A DNA stretch of 64,000 nt. Source: Chthoniobacterales bacterium. GTDB lineage: Bacteria; Verrucomicrobiota; Verrucomicrobiia; Chthoniobacterales; UBA6821. The notes beneath the pieces were generated by a model. It was not told where the DNA came from. It ran no database searches and saw only the letters and a program-made list of their open reading frames with translations. The stretch is from positions 11,927 through 75,926 of the forward strand of contig JBAPTI010000035.1 of assembly GCA_049282095.1 (NCBI GenBank). Reading direction: 5' to 3'. The number at the start of each line of letters is the position of its first letter. Positions within the stretch are counted from its first letter, which is position 1. The translations under genes and the position numbers were made by a program. Shown piece by piece: positions 1 through 9,071 of this stretch.

Positions 1-1
1 C

Positions 2-559
2 CGTTTTTCACGTGACGAGGGAATCCGGTTTGCCCGCGAGATCGCCGGGATCCCGTCGCTGGTGAAAAGGGTAATCGCCCAAAACTCGATGATTGCCGAA
101 CTCGCCGCGAAGTACACCGCGGAGGAGCATGCCTTCTTCATTGGTCGCGGCCCCATGTATCCGGTGGCCCTGGAAGGCGCTCTCAAGCTCAAGGAGATCT
201 CCTACATCCATGCCGAGGGCTATCATGCGGCCGAATTGAAACACGGCCCCATCGCCCTACTCGTCCCCGGTACGCCCGTCATCGCCCTCGCCTGCGACAT
301 TCCCGGCAAGGACAAGACGATCGGCAACATCGAGGAATGCCGCGCCCGTGGGGCAAGGATTCTGGGCATCGTCACCGAGAGGGATCGGGAAACGGCGGAG
401 GCCATGGACGACCACATCCCCATCCCCCCCTGCCACCCCCTGGTCGCCACCATCCCGGCGACCGTTGCCCTCCAGTTGTTTTCCTATCACGTCGCCCGAC
501 TCAGGGGATGCGAGATCGATCAACCCAGGAACCTGGCAAAAAGCGTGACGGTCGAGTGA
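2..559 (+). CDS. glmS: glutamine--fructose-6-phosphate aminotransferase, C-terminal fragment (5' end outside window)
   Basis: Frame stays open from the window edge (no stop upstream of the track start at 62). SIS-domain block EGYHAAELKHGPIALL and family-typical C-terminus NLAKSVTVE. Confidence 0.9.
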   Translation, partial: RFSRDEGIRFAREIAGIPSLVKRVIAQNSMIAELAAKYTAEEHAFFIGRGPMYPVALEGALKLKEISYIHAEGYHAAELKHGPIALLVPGTPVIALACDIPGKDKTIGNIEECRARGARILGIVTERDRETAEAMDDHIPIPPCHPLVATIPATVALQLFSYHVARLRGCEIDQPRNLAKSVTVE

Positions 560-631
560 TGTGCTGATGCCCGAGCGTTGCCAAGAGGCAGGTCCTCGCC
601 GATTCTCTCCGCCACCCCCACCCGCGATCCC

Positions 632-1747
632 ATGAAAGCAGAAGCACCGGCGACCATTTCCAGAGGAGGAAGGGAAGAGGGCCTGCTTGCCAATGTCTCG
701 CCCAAACCCGGACGCCGTGCACCGCTCAAGGAGCAACTGAGAGGGTGGGTGCGTGAAGGCATCGGAAACGGAACCTTCGGGGAGGGAGTTGCCATTCCCT
801 CCATCAACATGCTGAAAAACCGATTCGGCGTGGCCAGGGAGACGGTGCGACAGGCCCTCGAGGATCTGGTCGCCGAGGGGGTGCTGGTTCCCCAGCATGG
901 CCGCGGCTACTTCGTCAACTCCCGGCGTGAGCGGATCCTGCGCGTGGCCCTTGCCGGAAAGGTGGACGGCGTCTACATCGGACCTGTCTACAGGGGCTTG
1001 GTGAATGAACTCGGGGACACCGCCTCTGTCATTGCGGTGGATCCCCGCCAGAAGGCGGAGGTGCTCAGACGTCTGGTCGAGGGATTCGCTCACAGCCACG
1101 GGATCGACCGCCTGCTCGTGATCCCGCCGCGTGGCCATGAGAAGGAGTTCGGCGATGCGGTCAGGCCCTTCCGCCGTTGCTTCCGGGTGGCCTGGCTGGA
1201 TCGCGCGCCTCCCGGAACCAAGGACGCCTGCTTTCTGCCGGACTACCCCGCATGCGTGAAACTGGCCGTCGATCACCTCCGTTCGGTGGGGTTGACCAGG
1301 ATCCATTACTTCACCACCGCGCCCGAGGATCGGTCGGTTTTCTCGGCAATGCGCAGGACATTTCTCAGGATCATGGAGTCGCGTAAGGGCAAGGATCCGG
1401 ATCCGCTTGTTTTGGACGGGAAGCGCGCCGTGGAACTGGCCGCCGCGAATGCCGCGCACGGAATCGGATTCGTCACGGAGAACGACCGTGATGCGCTCCG
1501 CTTGCTGACACTCCTGACCTCGGCGGGGATCCAAGTCCCCCGCGATGCCTCGATCGTCAGTTGCGACAATTCCTCGTGGACAGATGCCGTCAGTCCCGCC
1601 ATCACCGCCGTGGACCCAGGATTCGAGGAGATCGGCAGGGAGGCCGCCAGATGGATCAAAATGAACGATGAAGGCGGCAATACTGGTCGTGGCGCTCCGA
1701 AGATCAAGATTTCCCCCCGCCTCATCCGCAAGGGGACGACCCCCTGA
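632..1747 (+). CDS. chimeric transcriptional regulator: GntR-type winged HTH + LacI/PBP1-type sugar-binding domain (AraR-like architecture)
   Basis: N-terminal block INMLKNRFGVARETVRQALEDLVAEGVLVPQHGRGYFV, then ~270 aa of periplasmic-binding-protein-like sequence. Track ORF starts at TTG 578; first ATG at 632 (MKAEAP) preferred. Confidence 0.7.
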   Translation: MKAEAPATISRGGREEGLLANVSPKPGRRAPLKEQLRGWVREGIGNGTFGEGVAIPSINMLKNRFGVARETVRQALEDLVAEGVLVPQHGRGYFVNSRRERILRVALAGKVDGVYIGPVYRGLVNELGDTASVIAVDPRQKAEVLRRLVEGFAHSHGIDRLLVIPPRGHEKEFGDAVRPFRRCFRVAWLDRAPPGTKDACFLPDYPACVKLAVDHLRSVGLTRIHYFTTAPEDRSVFSAMRRTFLRIMESRKGKDPDPLVLDGKRAVELAAANAAHGIGFVTENDRDALRLLTLLTSAGIQVPRDASIVSCDNSSWTDAVSPAITAVDPGFEEIGREAARWIKMNDEGGNTGRGAPKIKISPRLIRKGTTP

Positions 1748-1801
1748 AGGCATTTTTCAAACCGGCTCTCCGCGGCCTTTGCGGCCTTTGCGTGAAACCT
1801 T

Positions 1802-2512
1802 TCAGTGTTGCCCCGGTGCGATCGCGGCCAGAACGGCCTCGGGATCGGAGAAGTCGTCGAAGACGAAATCGGGCTCGTGGGAGGCGAGTTCCTCCCGTGC
1901 GTATTTGCCCGTGGCCACGGCGACGGTGACCGCGCCGAAAGCCTTCCCGCACTCGATGTCGCGTGGCGTGTCGCCGATCACGTGGATCCGTTCCGGAGGA
2001 AACTCCTCGCCATGCTGCTCCAGCGCACGCGCCTGCGCGACGGGTCCCAGTTCGTTCCTGACATGGTGGTCGTCGGCATAGGCACCGAAGCCGAAGTAGT
2101 GCCAGACGCCATAGTGGGAGAGCTTCACCTCGGCCCCCGCGGCGAGATTGCCGGTGAGGAGTGCAAGGACGCAGTCGGGGCGCTCCCTCATCCGGTCAAG
2201 CAGGGTGATGATTCCCGGCAGGAGGCGTCCCTGATGGCGGTGCATCCGGTCGGCAAGCCTCGAGAGGTAGGCATCGAGCAATGCCATGATCTTCTCCTGG
2301 GTCGGCTCCATGCCGGCCGCCATGAGGACTTCACGGGCGATCCCCGTGTCGGTATTGCCTGCGAAATTGACCCCTTCCAGGGGTGAGAGTCCCCCGCAGA
2401 GTTCCTCTACGGCCTGGTGGAAAGCACGCTCCCCGGCTCCCCCCGAGGTGATCAGGGTGCCGTCGATGTCGAAAAGGTAGAGACGCTTGGAGGCCTTGGG
2501 ATCAACCGGCAT
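1802..2512 (-). CDS. HAD-superfamily hydrolase (phosphoglycolate-phosphatase-like)
   Basis: Motif I LYLFDIDGTL near the N-terminus and a later GDTPRDI acidic motif. ATG at 2512; 11-nt overlap with the infC 3' end. Confidence 0.8.
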   Translation of the reverse strand: MPVDPKASKRLYLFDIDGTLITSGGAGERAFHQAVEELCGGLSPLEGVNFAGNTDTGIAREVLMAAGMEPTQEKIMALLDAYLSRLADRMHRHQGRLLPGIITLLDRMRERPDCVLALLTGNLAAGAEVKLSHYGVWHYFGFGAYADDHHVRNELGPVAQARALEQHGEEFPPERIHVIGDTPRDIECGKAFGAVTVAVATGKYAREELASHEPDFVFDDFSDPEAVLAAIAPGQH

Positions 2513-3143
2513 GGCCGGTCTCCTCGGCTTTCACGGGGTCTTCACCCTCGTCGCCTTCCTCATCATCGTGATCCTCATCCTCGTCCTCGACGTATTCTTC
2601 CTCGATCTTGGCGAATTTCCTCTTCCGCTTGGCGGCGGGGAGGGGGCTCATGGTCATGCCGACGGCGCGGCCCACCAGCTTGGGGGGCATATCGACCAAG
2701 GCCATGGTTTCGAGATCCTTGATGATTTTCTGCATCATGGCGATGCCGAGGTCCTTGTGGGCGTTCTCACGACCACGGAACTGGAGGACCATCTTGAGCT
2801 TGTTGCCCTTCTCGAGGAACTCCTCGGCATGGCGGAGCTTCGTCTCGTAGTCATGCGTCCCGATCTTCACGCGGAACTTGATCTCCTTGATCTTGCTGGC
2901 GCTGTGCTTGCTCTCCTTCTCCTTCTTCGTCAGCTCGTACTTGAACTTGCCGAAGTCGGCGATGCGGCAGACGGGGGGATTGGCCGTGGGGGCCACCTCG
3001 ATCAGGTCGAGGCCGTACGATTTGGCGCGGCGGACGGCCTCGTCGGTCTTGAGGATGCCGAGTTGCTGGCCGGTGGAGCCGATGATGACGCGGACCTCGC
3101 GGGCGCGGATGCGGTCGTTGACGCGGATGAATGCAGGATTAAT
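2502..3143 (-). CDS. infC: translation initiation factor IF-3, initiating at ATT
   Basis: Track ORF (2502-2996) covers only the C-domain (VCRIADFGKFKYE, KFRVKIGTHDYETK). Reading upstream in frame gives INPAFIRVNDRIRAREVRVIIGSTGQQLGILKTDEAVRRAKSYGLDLIEV back to an ATT (complement of 3141-3143), two codons after an in-frame TGA. No ATG/GTG/TTG lies between. C-terminus carries an acidic tail EEEYVEDEDEDHDDEEGDEGED. Confidence 0.9.
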   Translation of the reverse strand: MNPAFIRVNDRIRAREVRVIIGSTGQQLGILKTDEAVRRAKSYGLDLIEVAPTANPPVCRIADFGKFKYELTKKEKESKHSASKIKEIKFRVKIGTHDYETKLRHAEEFLEKGNKLKMVLQFRGRENAHKDLGIAMMQKIIKDLETMALVDMPPKLVGRAVGMTMSPLPAAKRKRKFAKIEEEYVEDEDEDHDDEEGDEGEDPVKAEETGHAG

Positions 3144-3257
3144 GGGACTTCAATGCACCTGACGGTGCGGGGTTGTGCCGGCACGATGGCGCCAGCGGGT
3201 TAGGGACTGCAAAAGAGGGAAAACCAAGGGATTCAGGCAACGTGGTGTCATGCGCGC

Positions 3258-5099
3258 TCAGACTGTGAGCGTGCGGTCACGGATTTCGGATTCGATTCGT
3301 TGGATGAATTCATCTTTCGCGACGGCCCCTTCGTCGCCGCGTTGGCGGCTACGGATGGAGAGCTGGCCTGCGGCCTCCTCCTTGGGTCCGATGACGATCA
3401 TGTAGGGCACCTTCTCGACCTGGGCAAGGCGAATCTTGGCCCCGAGCTTCTCGGGGGAGAGGTCGGCGGTGGCGCGGATGCCCCGCGCGGTCATCTCGGC
3501 AACCACGGATCGGGCGTAGTCGGCCACCTTCTCGGAGACCGGAAGGATGCGCGCCTGCTCCGGGGCAAGCCAGACGGGGAAGTCGCCCGCAAAGTGCTCG
3601 ATGAGGACTCCCGTGAAGCGCTCAAGCGATCCGAAAGGGGCCCGATGGATCATCACCGGGACATGGGCCTTGCCGTCGGCCCCCGTGTAGGAGAGCTCGA
3701 AGCGGACGGGGAGGTTGAAGTCGACCTGGACGGTTCCAAGCTGCCATTCGCGGCCGAGCACGTCCTTGACGACAAAATCGATCTTGGGGCCGTAGAACGC
3801 GGCCTCCCCTTCCTCCTCGGTGAAGGGAACCCCGAGTGTCGCGGCGGCATCGCGGCAGGCCTGCTCGGCGCGATCCCAGTTGGCGGGATCACCCACATAC
3901 TTGTCTGAGGAGGGATCGCGGAGGCTGATGCGGACGCGGTAGTCGGTCATCCGGAAGGTGCCGAGCACGGTCTTCACGAGATCGAGGCAGCCCTTGAGCT
4001 CGCCGGCCATCTGCTCCTCGGTGACAAAGAGGTGGGCGTCGTCCTGGGTGAAGCCGCGGACGCGAGTCATGCCGTTGAGTTCGCCCGACTGCTCCCAGCG
4101 GTAGACGGTTCCGAACTCGGCAAGGCGCACGGGCAGGTCGCGGTAGCTGCGCGGCTGCGACGCGAAGATCTTCACGTGCATGGGGCAGTTCATCGGCTTG
4201 AGAAGGTAGCCGTCGATCTCGCCGGCGGAGACACGGTTGCCGAGGTCGGCGCAGGAGCATCCCTCGTCGGCCAGTTTCTCCATCCTGTCGCGCTCGATGA
4301 GCGGGGGGAACTGGGAATCGGCGTAGTAGGGGAAGTGGCCGGATGTGCGGAAGAGATCGAGGCGCCCGATATGCGGGGTGAAGACCTGCGAGTAGCCCTG
4401 CTTGGCCAGTTCCCCGCTGATGAAGTTCTGCATCTCCTGGCGCATGATCGCGCCCTTCGGGGTCCAGAGAATCAGGCCTTGGCCGACGGAATCGTCGATG
4501 TGGAAGAGGCCGAGTTCCTTGCCGACCTTGCGGTGATCGCGCTTCTTTGCCTCCTCGAGCAGGGCGAAGTGCTTCTCGAGTTCCTCGGCGGAGGCGAAGG
4601 CGGTGCCGTAGATGCGCTGGAGTTGGGGATTCTTCTCATCCCCCTGGTAGAAGGCGCTCGCCACATGGGTCAGTTTGAAGGCTCCGATCCCGGAGGTGGT
4701 GGGAACGTGGGGACCCGCGCAGAGGTCGGTGAAGGCACCGTTGCGATAGAGGGTGATCTCCTCGCCGGCGGGGATGCGGGTGATAATATCGAGCTTGAAC
4801 TTGCTCGGCTGGGGGCGGGGAGAGAGTCCCGCGAGTTCACCCCGTTCCCCCATGGCGAGGGCCTCGTCACGGGTGATGACCTCCCGTTGGAAGGGCTGGG
4901 CCTCGGCGATGATCGCGGCCATCTCCTTCTCGATCTTCTCAAAGTCCTCGGGGCTGATCCGGTGTCCCAGATCGACATCGTAGTAGAAGCCGTTATCGAC
5001 CGGGGGGCCGGCGGCGAACTGTGCCTCGGGCCAGATACGGAGGATGGCATTGGCCAGCACGTGGGCGCAGGAGTGCCGGATGGTTTCGAGTTCGGTCAT
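3258..5099 (-). CDS. thrS: threonine--tRNA ligase (lacks N-terminal TGS domain)
   Basis: HRKVGKELGLFH, YRWEQSGELNGMTRVRGFTQDDAHLF. Starts at the editing-domain block RHSCAHVLANAI; an in-frame TAG 7 codons upstream of the ATG excludes an N-terminal extension. Confidence 0.95.
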   Translation of the reverse strand: MTELETIRHSCAHVLANAILRIWPEAQFAAGPPVDNGFYYDVDLGHRISPEDFEKIEKEMAAIIAEAQPFQREVITRDEALAMGERGELAGLSPRPQPSKFKLDIITRIPAGEEITLYRNGAFTDLCAGPHVPTTSGIGAFKLTHVASAFYQGDEKNPQLQRIYGTAFASAEELEKHFALLEEAKKRDHRKVGKELGLFHIDDSVGQGLILWTPKGAIMRQEMQNFISGELAKQGYSQVFTPHIGRLDLFRTSGHFPYYADSQFPPLIERDRMEKLADEGCSCADLGNRVSAGEIDGYLLKPMNCPMHVKIFASQPRSYRDLPVRLAEFGTVYRWEQSGELNGMTRVRGFTQDDAHLFVTEEQMAGELKGCLDLVKTVLGTFRMTDYRVRISLRDPSSDKYVGDPANWDRAEQACRDAAATLGVPFTEEEGEAAFYGPKIDFVVKDVLGREWQLGTVQVDFNLPVRFELSYTGADGKAHVPVMIHRAPFGSLERFTGVLIEHFAGDFPVWLAPEQARILPVSEKVADYARSVVAEMTARGIRATADLSPEKLGAKIRLAQVEKVPYMIVIGPKEEAAGQLSIRSRQRGDEGAVAKDEFIQRIESEIRDRTLTV

Positions 5100-5101
5100 G
5101 G

Positions 5102-5213
5102 AAATGGGAGCTAGGAGCTAGGAGATAGGGTCTGGGGGAGAGGCTGAAGACTGAAGGCTGTTAGGTCAGAGGATGAGAAAATGGGAGTTGGGAGATAGGG
5201 TCTGGGGGAGAGG
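5102..5213. repeat. direct repeat in thrS leader: AAATGGGAG..GGAGATAGGGTCTGGGGGAGAGG x2
   Basis: 23-nt GGAGATAGGGTCTGGGGGAGAGG is identical at 5121-5143 and 5191-5213. Each copy is preceded by AAATGGGAG (5102-5110, 5179-5187). Confidence 0.9.
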
Positions 5214-5251
5214 GAAAATCAGAAAGCAGAAATCTGAAAACCCAGGATGAA

Positions 5252-5479
5252 TTATGAAGGATGAATGATGAAAGGAATCATCGACTCCGCAAGGAGTGAG
5301 GGGATGCCGTTCTTCACCGGGTAGGCGGCTTGGCCGTCCTCACGGACGAGGAACCCGTCGGCATCCTTCCCGTCGTCGGGGGAGATGGCGCGGAGTTCTT
5401 CCGGTGAGGCGATATGGAGCTGCTGCCCCGTGACGGGGCACCGTAGCAATGCCGAGAGTTCCGAAAGAAAATCCGCCAT
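5252..5479 (-). CDS. Trm112/YcaR-family small protein
   Basis: 75 aa with LLRCPVTGQQL and AYPVKNGIPSLL, the usual Trm112-family pattern. Start is 3 nt downstream of the moeB stop. Confidence 0.7.
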   Translation of the reverse strand: MADFLSELSALLRCPVTGQQLHIASPEELRAISPDDGKDADGFLVREDGQAAYPVKNGIPSLLAESMIPFIIHPS

Positions 5480-5482
5480 GGA

Positions 5483-6673
5483 TCAATACTTGGCGACGGA
5501 TTTGTCGATCCGGTCGGCCCAGGCGAGGATGCCTCCCTGCACGTTGAAGAGCTTGGAGAATCCCGCTCCCTGCAGTTCCCGGAGGGCGTTGGCGGAGCGG
5601 ACGCCCGACTTGCACTGCAGGTAGATCGTCTCGGCGCTGTCGAGTTCGCTCATCCGGCTGTGGAGATCGCCCAAGGGGATCAGCTTGGCGCCGGGAATCC
5701 GGGCAATGTCCCACTCGAACTGCTCGCGCACGTCGATCAGGGTGACTTTTTCCCCGCTCTGGAGCTTGGCCTGCAGTTCCTCGACGGTGATCTCGGGCAC
5801 GGGGGTCTCGGCCTCCTCGGCCGCAGCCGCCTGAGGAATACCGCAGAAGGTATCGTAGTCGATGAGTTCTGTGACGGTCGGGTTCTCGCCGCAGACCGGG
5901 CACTTGGGATCCTTGCGGATCTTGAACTCGCGGAACTTCATCTTCAGCGCATCGAAGTGCATCAGGCGGCCGATTAGCGGCTCGCCGATTCCGACGATCA
6001 GCTTGATCGCCTCGATCGCCTGCATGACGCCGATGATGCCCGGGAGAACGCCCAGGACGCCTCCCTCGGCGCAGCTCGGGACCATCCCCGGTGGCGGTGG
6101 CTCGGGATAGAGGCAGCGGTAGCAGGGCCCGCCGAGGTGTGGTGCGAAGACGGTGCACTGTCCGTCGAAGCGGAAGATGGAGCCGTAGATGTTGGGCTTC
6201 TTCTGGAAGACGCAGATATCGTTGGAGAGGTAGCGGGTCGGGAAATTGTCCGTGCCGTCGATAACGATGTCGTAGGGGGTGACCAGCTCCTCGGCATTCT
6301 CCGAGGTGAAGAGGCAGTCGTGGAGGTCGACCTGCACGTTGGGGTTGATCTCCTTGATGGTGTCCCGGGCGCTGTTGATCTTCTTGCGGCCGACGTCGCG
6401 CGTGCCGTGGAGGATCTGGCGCTGGAGGTTGGAGAAATCGACGGTGTCGAAATCGACGAGTCCGATCCTGCCGATGCCGGCGGCCGCGAGGTAGAGGGCG
6501 ATCGGGGATCCGAGGCCTCCGGTGCCGATGCAAAGAATGCTGGATGCCTTGAGCCGTTTCTGCCCCTCGAGGGTGACTTCGGGCATGATGAGATGGCGCG
6601 AGTAGCGCGCGATCTCGTCGTTGCTCAGTTCGACGGCGGCGGAACGCGCCGGATCAAGGATGCTGTTGCTCAT
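5483..6673 (-). CDS. moeB: ThiF/MoeB-family adenylyltransferase fused to C-terminal rhodanese domain (MoeB/MoeZ type)
   Basis: Nucleotide-binding GTGGLGSPIALYLAAAGIGRIGLVDFD, two CxxC pairs (CYRC, CPVC), C-terminal rhodanese active-site loop QCKSGVRS. Confidence 0.85.
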   Translation of the reverse strand: MSNSILDPARSAAVELSNDEIARYSRHLIMPEVTLEGQKRLKASSILCIGTGGLGSPIALYLAAAGIGRIGLVDFDTVDFSNLQRQILHGTRDVGRKKINSARDTIKEINPNVQVDLHDCLFTSENAEELVTPYDIVIDGTDNFPTRYLSNDICVFQKKPNIYGSIFRFDGQCTVFAPHLGGPCYRCLYPEPPPPGMVPSCAEGGVLGVLPGIIGVMQAIEAIKLIVGIGEPLIGRLMHFDALKMKFREFKIRKDPKCPVCGENPTVTELIDYDTFCGIPQAAAAEEAETPVPEITVEELQAKLQSGEKVTLIDVREQFEWDIARIPGAKLIPLGDLHSRMSELDSAETIYLQCKSGVRSANALRELQGAGFSKLFNVQGGILAWADRIDKSVAKY

Positions 6674-6760
6674 AAAAGGGGGCTAAAATTAGCCGCTGGG
6701 GCCTTCCCTATCAAGGGAAAGAGGCCTCCGCTAACTCTTTTAAGACATGGTTTTTTGCCC

Positions 6761-7975
6761 CTACGACCCGTTCTTTTCGAGTTCCGCGACCTGGGAGACG
6801 TCCTTGTCGCCGCGTCCCGAGAGGTTCACCACGATGATTTCTTCGGGCTTCATGGTGGGGGCTACCTTGATGACCTCGGCGATGGCGTGGGCTGTCTCCA
6901 GTGCGGGAATGATCCCCTCGATGGAGGACAGCTTATGGAAGGCCGCCAGGGCCTCCTCATCGGTGGCGTAGGAGTAATGCACTCGGCCGGCATCCTTGAG
7001 GAAGCTGTGTTCGGGCCCGATTGCCGCATAGTCGAGACCCGCCGAGACCGAGTGGGTGAGTTCGATCTGGCCGTCGGCATCGGCGAGGAGCCAGGTCTTG
7101 GTTCCCTGAAGGACTCCGAGCTTGCCTCCCTGGAAGCGGGCGGCGTGTTTGCCGCGGACGATGCCTCCTCCTCCTGCCTCGACTCCGGTCATGCGGACTT
7201 CCTCGTCGTTCAGGAAGGCATAGAAGAGACCGATGGCATTGCTGCCTCCCCCGACACAGGCCACAAGAAGATCGGGCAACCGTTCCTCGCGCTGAAGGAT
7301 CTGCTTGCGGGACTCGTCACCGATGATGCGGTGGAAGTCGCGAACGATCATCGGGTAGGGATGGGCGCCCAGTGCCGACCCGAGGATGTAGTGGGTGTCG
7401 CGCACATTGGTGACCCAGTCGCGCATCGCCTCGTTGATCGCCTCCTTGAGCGTGGCCTGTCCGGCGGTGACGCCGATGACCTCGGCCCCCAGGAAGCGCA
7501 TGCGGGCTACGTTGAGCGCCTGGCGCTCCATGTCGACCGCGCCCATGTAGATCCGACATTGGAAGCCGAAGCGGGCCGCCGCAGTGGCCGTGGCGACGCC
7601 GTGCTGACCGGCTCCTGTTTCGGCAATGATCCGCTTCTTTCCCATGCGTCGGGCGAGCAGGATCTGGCCGAGGGCGTTGTTGATCTTGTGAGCGCCGGTG
7701 TGGAGCAGGTCCTCGCGCTTGAGGTAGATTTTTGCGCCGCCAAGTTCCTTGGTGAGGCGTTCCGCAAAGTAGAGCGGGGTGGGTCGCCCGACGAATTCCC
7801 GGAGCAGGGAGGAGAGTTCGTTCCGGAAGGAGGGATCCTTGCGGGCCGCCTCGTATTCCCGTTCAAGCTCCAGCAGGGCGGTCATCAGGGTCTCGGGGAC
7901 AAAGCGCCCCCCGTAGGGACCGAAGTGTCCGTGTTGATCCGGTAAGCTGGTGAGGTCGGGAAGCTGGGTTGCCAT
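6761..7975 (-). CDS. trpB: tryptophan synthase beta chain
   Basis: [13 protein letters not shown] (PLP lysine), GGGSNAIG, full length 404 aa. No trpA adjacent. Confidence 0.95.
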   Translation of the reverse strand: MATQLPDLTSLPDQHGHFGPYGGRFVPETLMTALLELEREYEAARKDPSFRNELSSLLREFVGRPTPLYFAERLTKELGGAKIYLKREDLLHTGAHKINNALGQILLARRMGKKRIIAETGAGQHGVATATAAARFGFQCRIYMGAVDMERQALNVARMRFLGAEVIGVTAGQATLKEAINEAMRDWVTNVRDTHYILGSALGAHPYPMIVRDFHRIIGDESRKQILQREERLPDLLVACVGGGSNAIGLFYAFLNDEEVRMTGVEAGGGGIVRGKHAARFQGGKLGVLQGTKTWLLADADGQIELTHSVSAGLDYAAIGPEHSFLKDAGRVHYSYATDEEALAAFHKLSSIEGIIPALETAHAIAEVIKVAPTMKPEEIIVVNLSGRGDKDVSQVAELEKNGS

Positions 7976-8005
7976 GGGATGAGAGGATTCAGTATGGACA
8001 GGAAA

Positions 8006-9067
8006 TCATCCCTCCGCAATCGCTCGGAATGCTTTCTCGATGGCTTTCCGGTGAGGGGATGGGATCGGAAGTCCCGGAAGCTCCTCCCTGCTGAAGTCGC
8101 GGACTTTGCCGGGCAAGGCACCCTTCACTGGAAACACCTTCATCGTGATGCTGTAACGGGTGATCGGGTAAGTCAGTTCCGAGATGGACCGGCCCGTGGG
8201 GGTCATGGTACCCAGTTCCGGAAGAATCCAGAGTCCTCGCCAGCGCGGCCCCTCCGATTGCTCAAGATGGAGTTTCTGGCCGCGTTGAAACCATGCACGG
8301 TGCTCTGTGAGCTTGGTGGTTACCCGGCGCGGTGATTTTTTGGGGAGCGTTTCCGGGGCGGTCGCCGAGCAGGTGCTCTTCACCGGGCAGGAGGTGCAGT
8401 CCGGTTTTCCTGCGGAGCAGACCATCGCCCCCAGATCCATGAGGGCCGAGGCGATCTCCCGGCATCCTGTTTCCGGGAAAAAGGATCCCGCGAGATTCGC
8501 GATGGCCTTCTTGCCGGGCGCGGTGTCGATCGGAATGGCGACATTCCCCCAGCGCGCCAGCACCCGGATGATGTTGGTGTCGAGTACCACGGCCGATCGG
8601 TCATGAGCGAAGGCCAGGATGGCCGCCGCCGTATAGGCGCCGATCCCGGGCAGCGCCAGAAGCGGTCCCTCCGTGTCGGGAACGCTTCCCCCGTGCCGCT
8701 CCATGATGGTTTTCGCAGCCGAGTGGAGTCGTCGGGCGCGCGAGTAATAGCCCAGCCCCTCCCATGCCGAGAGAACCTCCTGCTCGGAGGCGGCAGCGAG
8801 GGCCGGAAGGCTAGGGAAACGCTTCATCCAGTCGGCGAAGCGCGCGATCACGGTGGCCACCGTCGTCTGCTGGAGCATGAATTCCGAGACCAGCACGGCG
8901 TAAGGGGTGTTCTTGCGGCGCCATGGAAGATCATGGCGTCCCGCCCGTACGTGCCACGAGAGCAGTGCCCGGCGGGCAGACTTCGCGAGTCGCTCCGTCC
9001 GGATGGCTGTTTGCCCGGTTTTTGTTGTGATGGCTCTCTTCTTGTCCACGGAACGCTCGTAGGGCAC
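8006..9067 (-). CDS. mutY: A/G-specific adenine DNA glycosylase
   Basis: HDLPWRR..PYAVLVSEFMLQQTTV and 4Fe-4S loop CSAGKPDCTSCPVKSTC (C-x6-C-x2-C-x5-C). Track start is a GTG at 9067; start uncertain. Confidence 0.85.
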   Translation of the reverse strand: MPYERSVDKKRAITTKTGQTAIRTERLAKSARRALLSWHVRAGRHDLPWRRKNTPYAVLVSEFMLQQTTVATVIARFADWMKRFPSLPALAAASEQEVLSAWEGLGYYSRARRLHSAAKTIMERHGGSVPDTEGPLLALPGIGAYTAAAILAFAHDRSAVVLDTNIIRVLARWGNVAIPIDTAPGKKAIANLAGSFFPETGCREIASALMDLGAMVCSAGKPDCTSCPVKSTCSATAPETLPKKSPRRVTTKLTEHRAWFQRGQKLHLEQSEGPRWRGLWILPELGTMTPTGRSISELTYPITRYSITMKVFPVKGALPGKVRDFSREELPGLPIPSPHRKAIEKAFRAIAEG

Positions 9068-9071
9068 CTTG

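Noticed and set aside
257-1753. Very long ORFs antisense to or out of frame with recognised genes (e.g. 257-1753 -, 4032-5114 +, 5340-6533 -, 6137-7945 +, 8931-9977 -, 22673-25117 +, 30137-32239 -, 40163-41245 -, 51733-54192 +, 61014-61763 +)
   Set aside because: Each overlaps a gene with clear family motifs on the other strand or frame. Their translations are Arg/Gly/Ala/Pro-rich low-complexity strings, typical of stop-codon-poor shadow frames in high-GC DNA.
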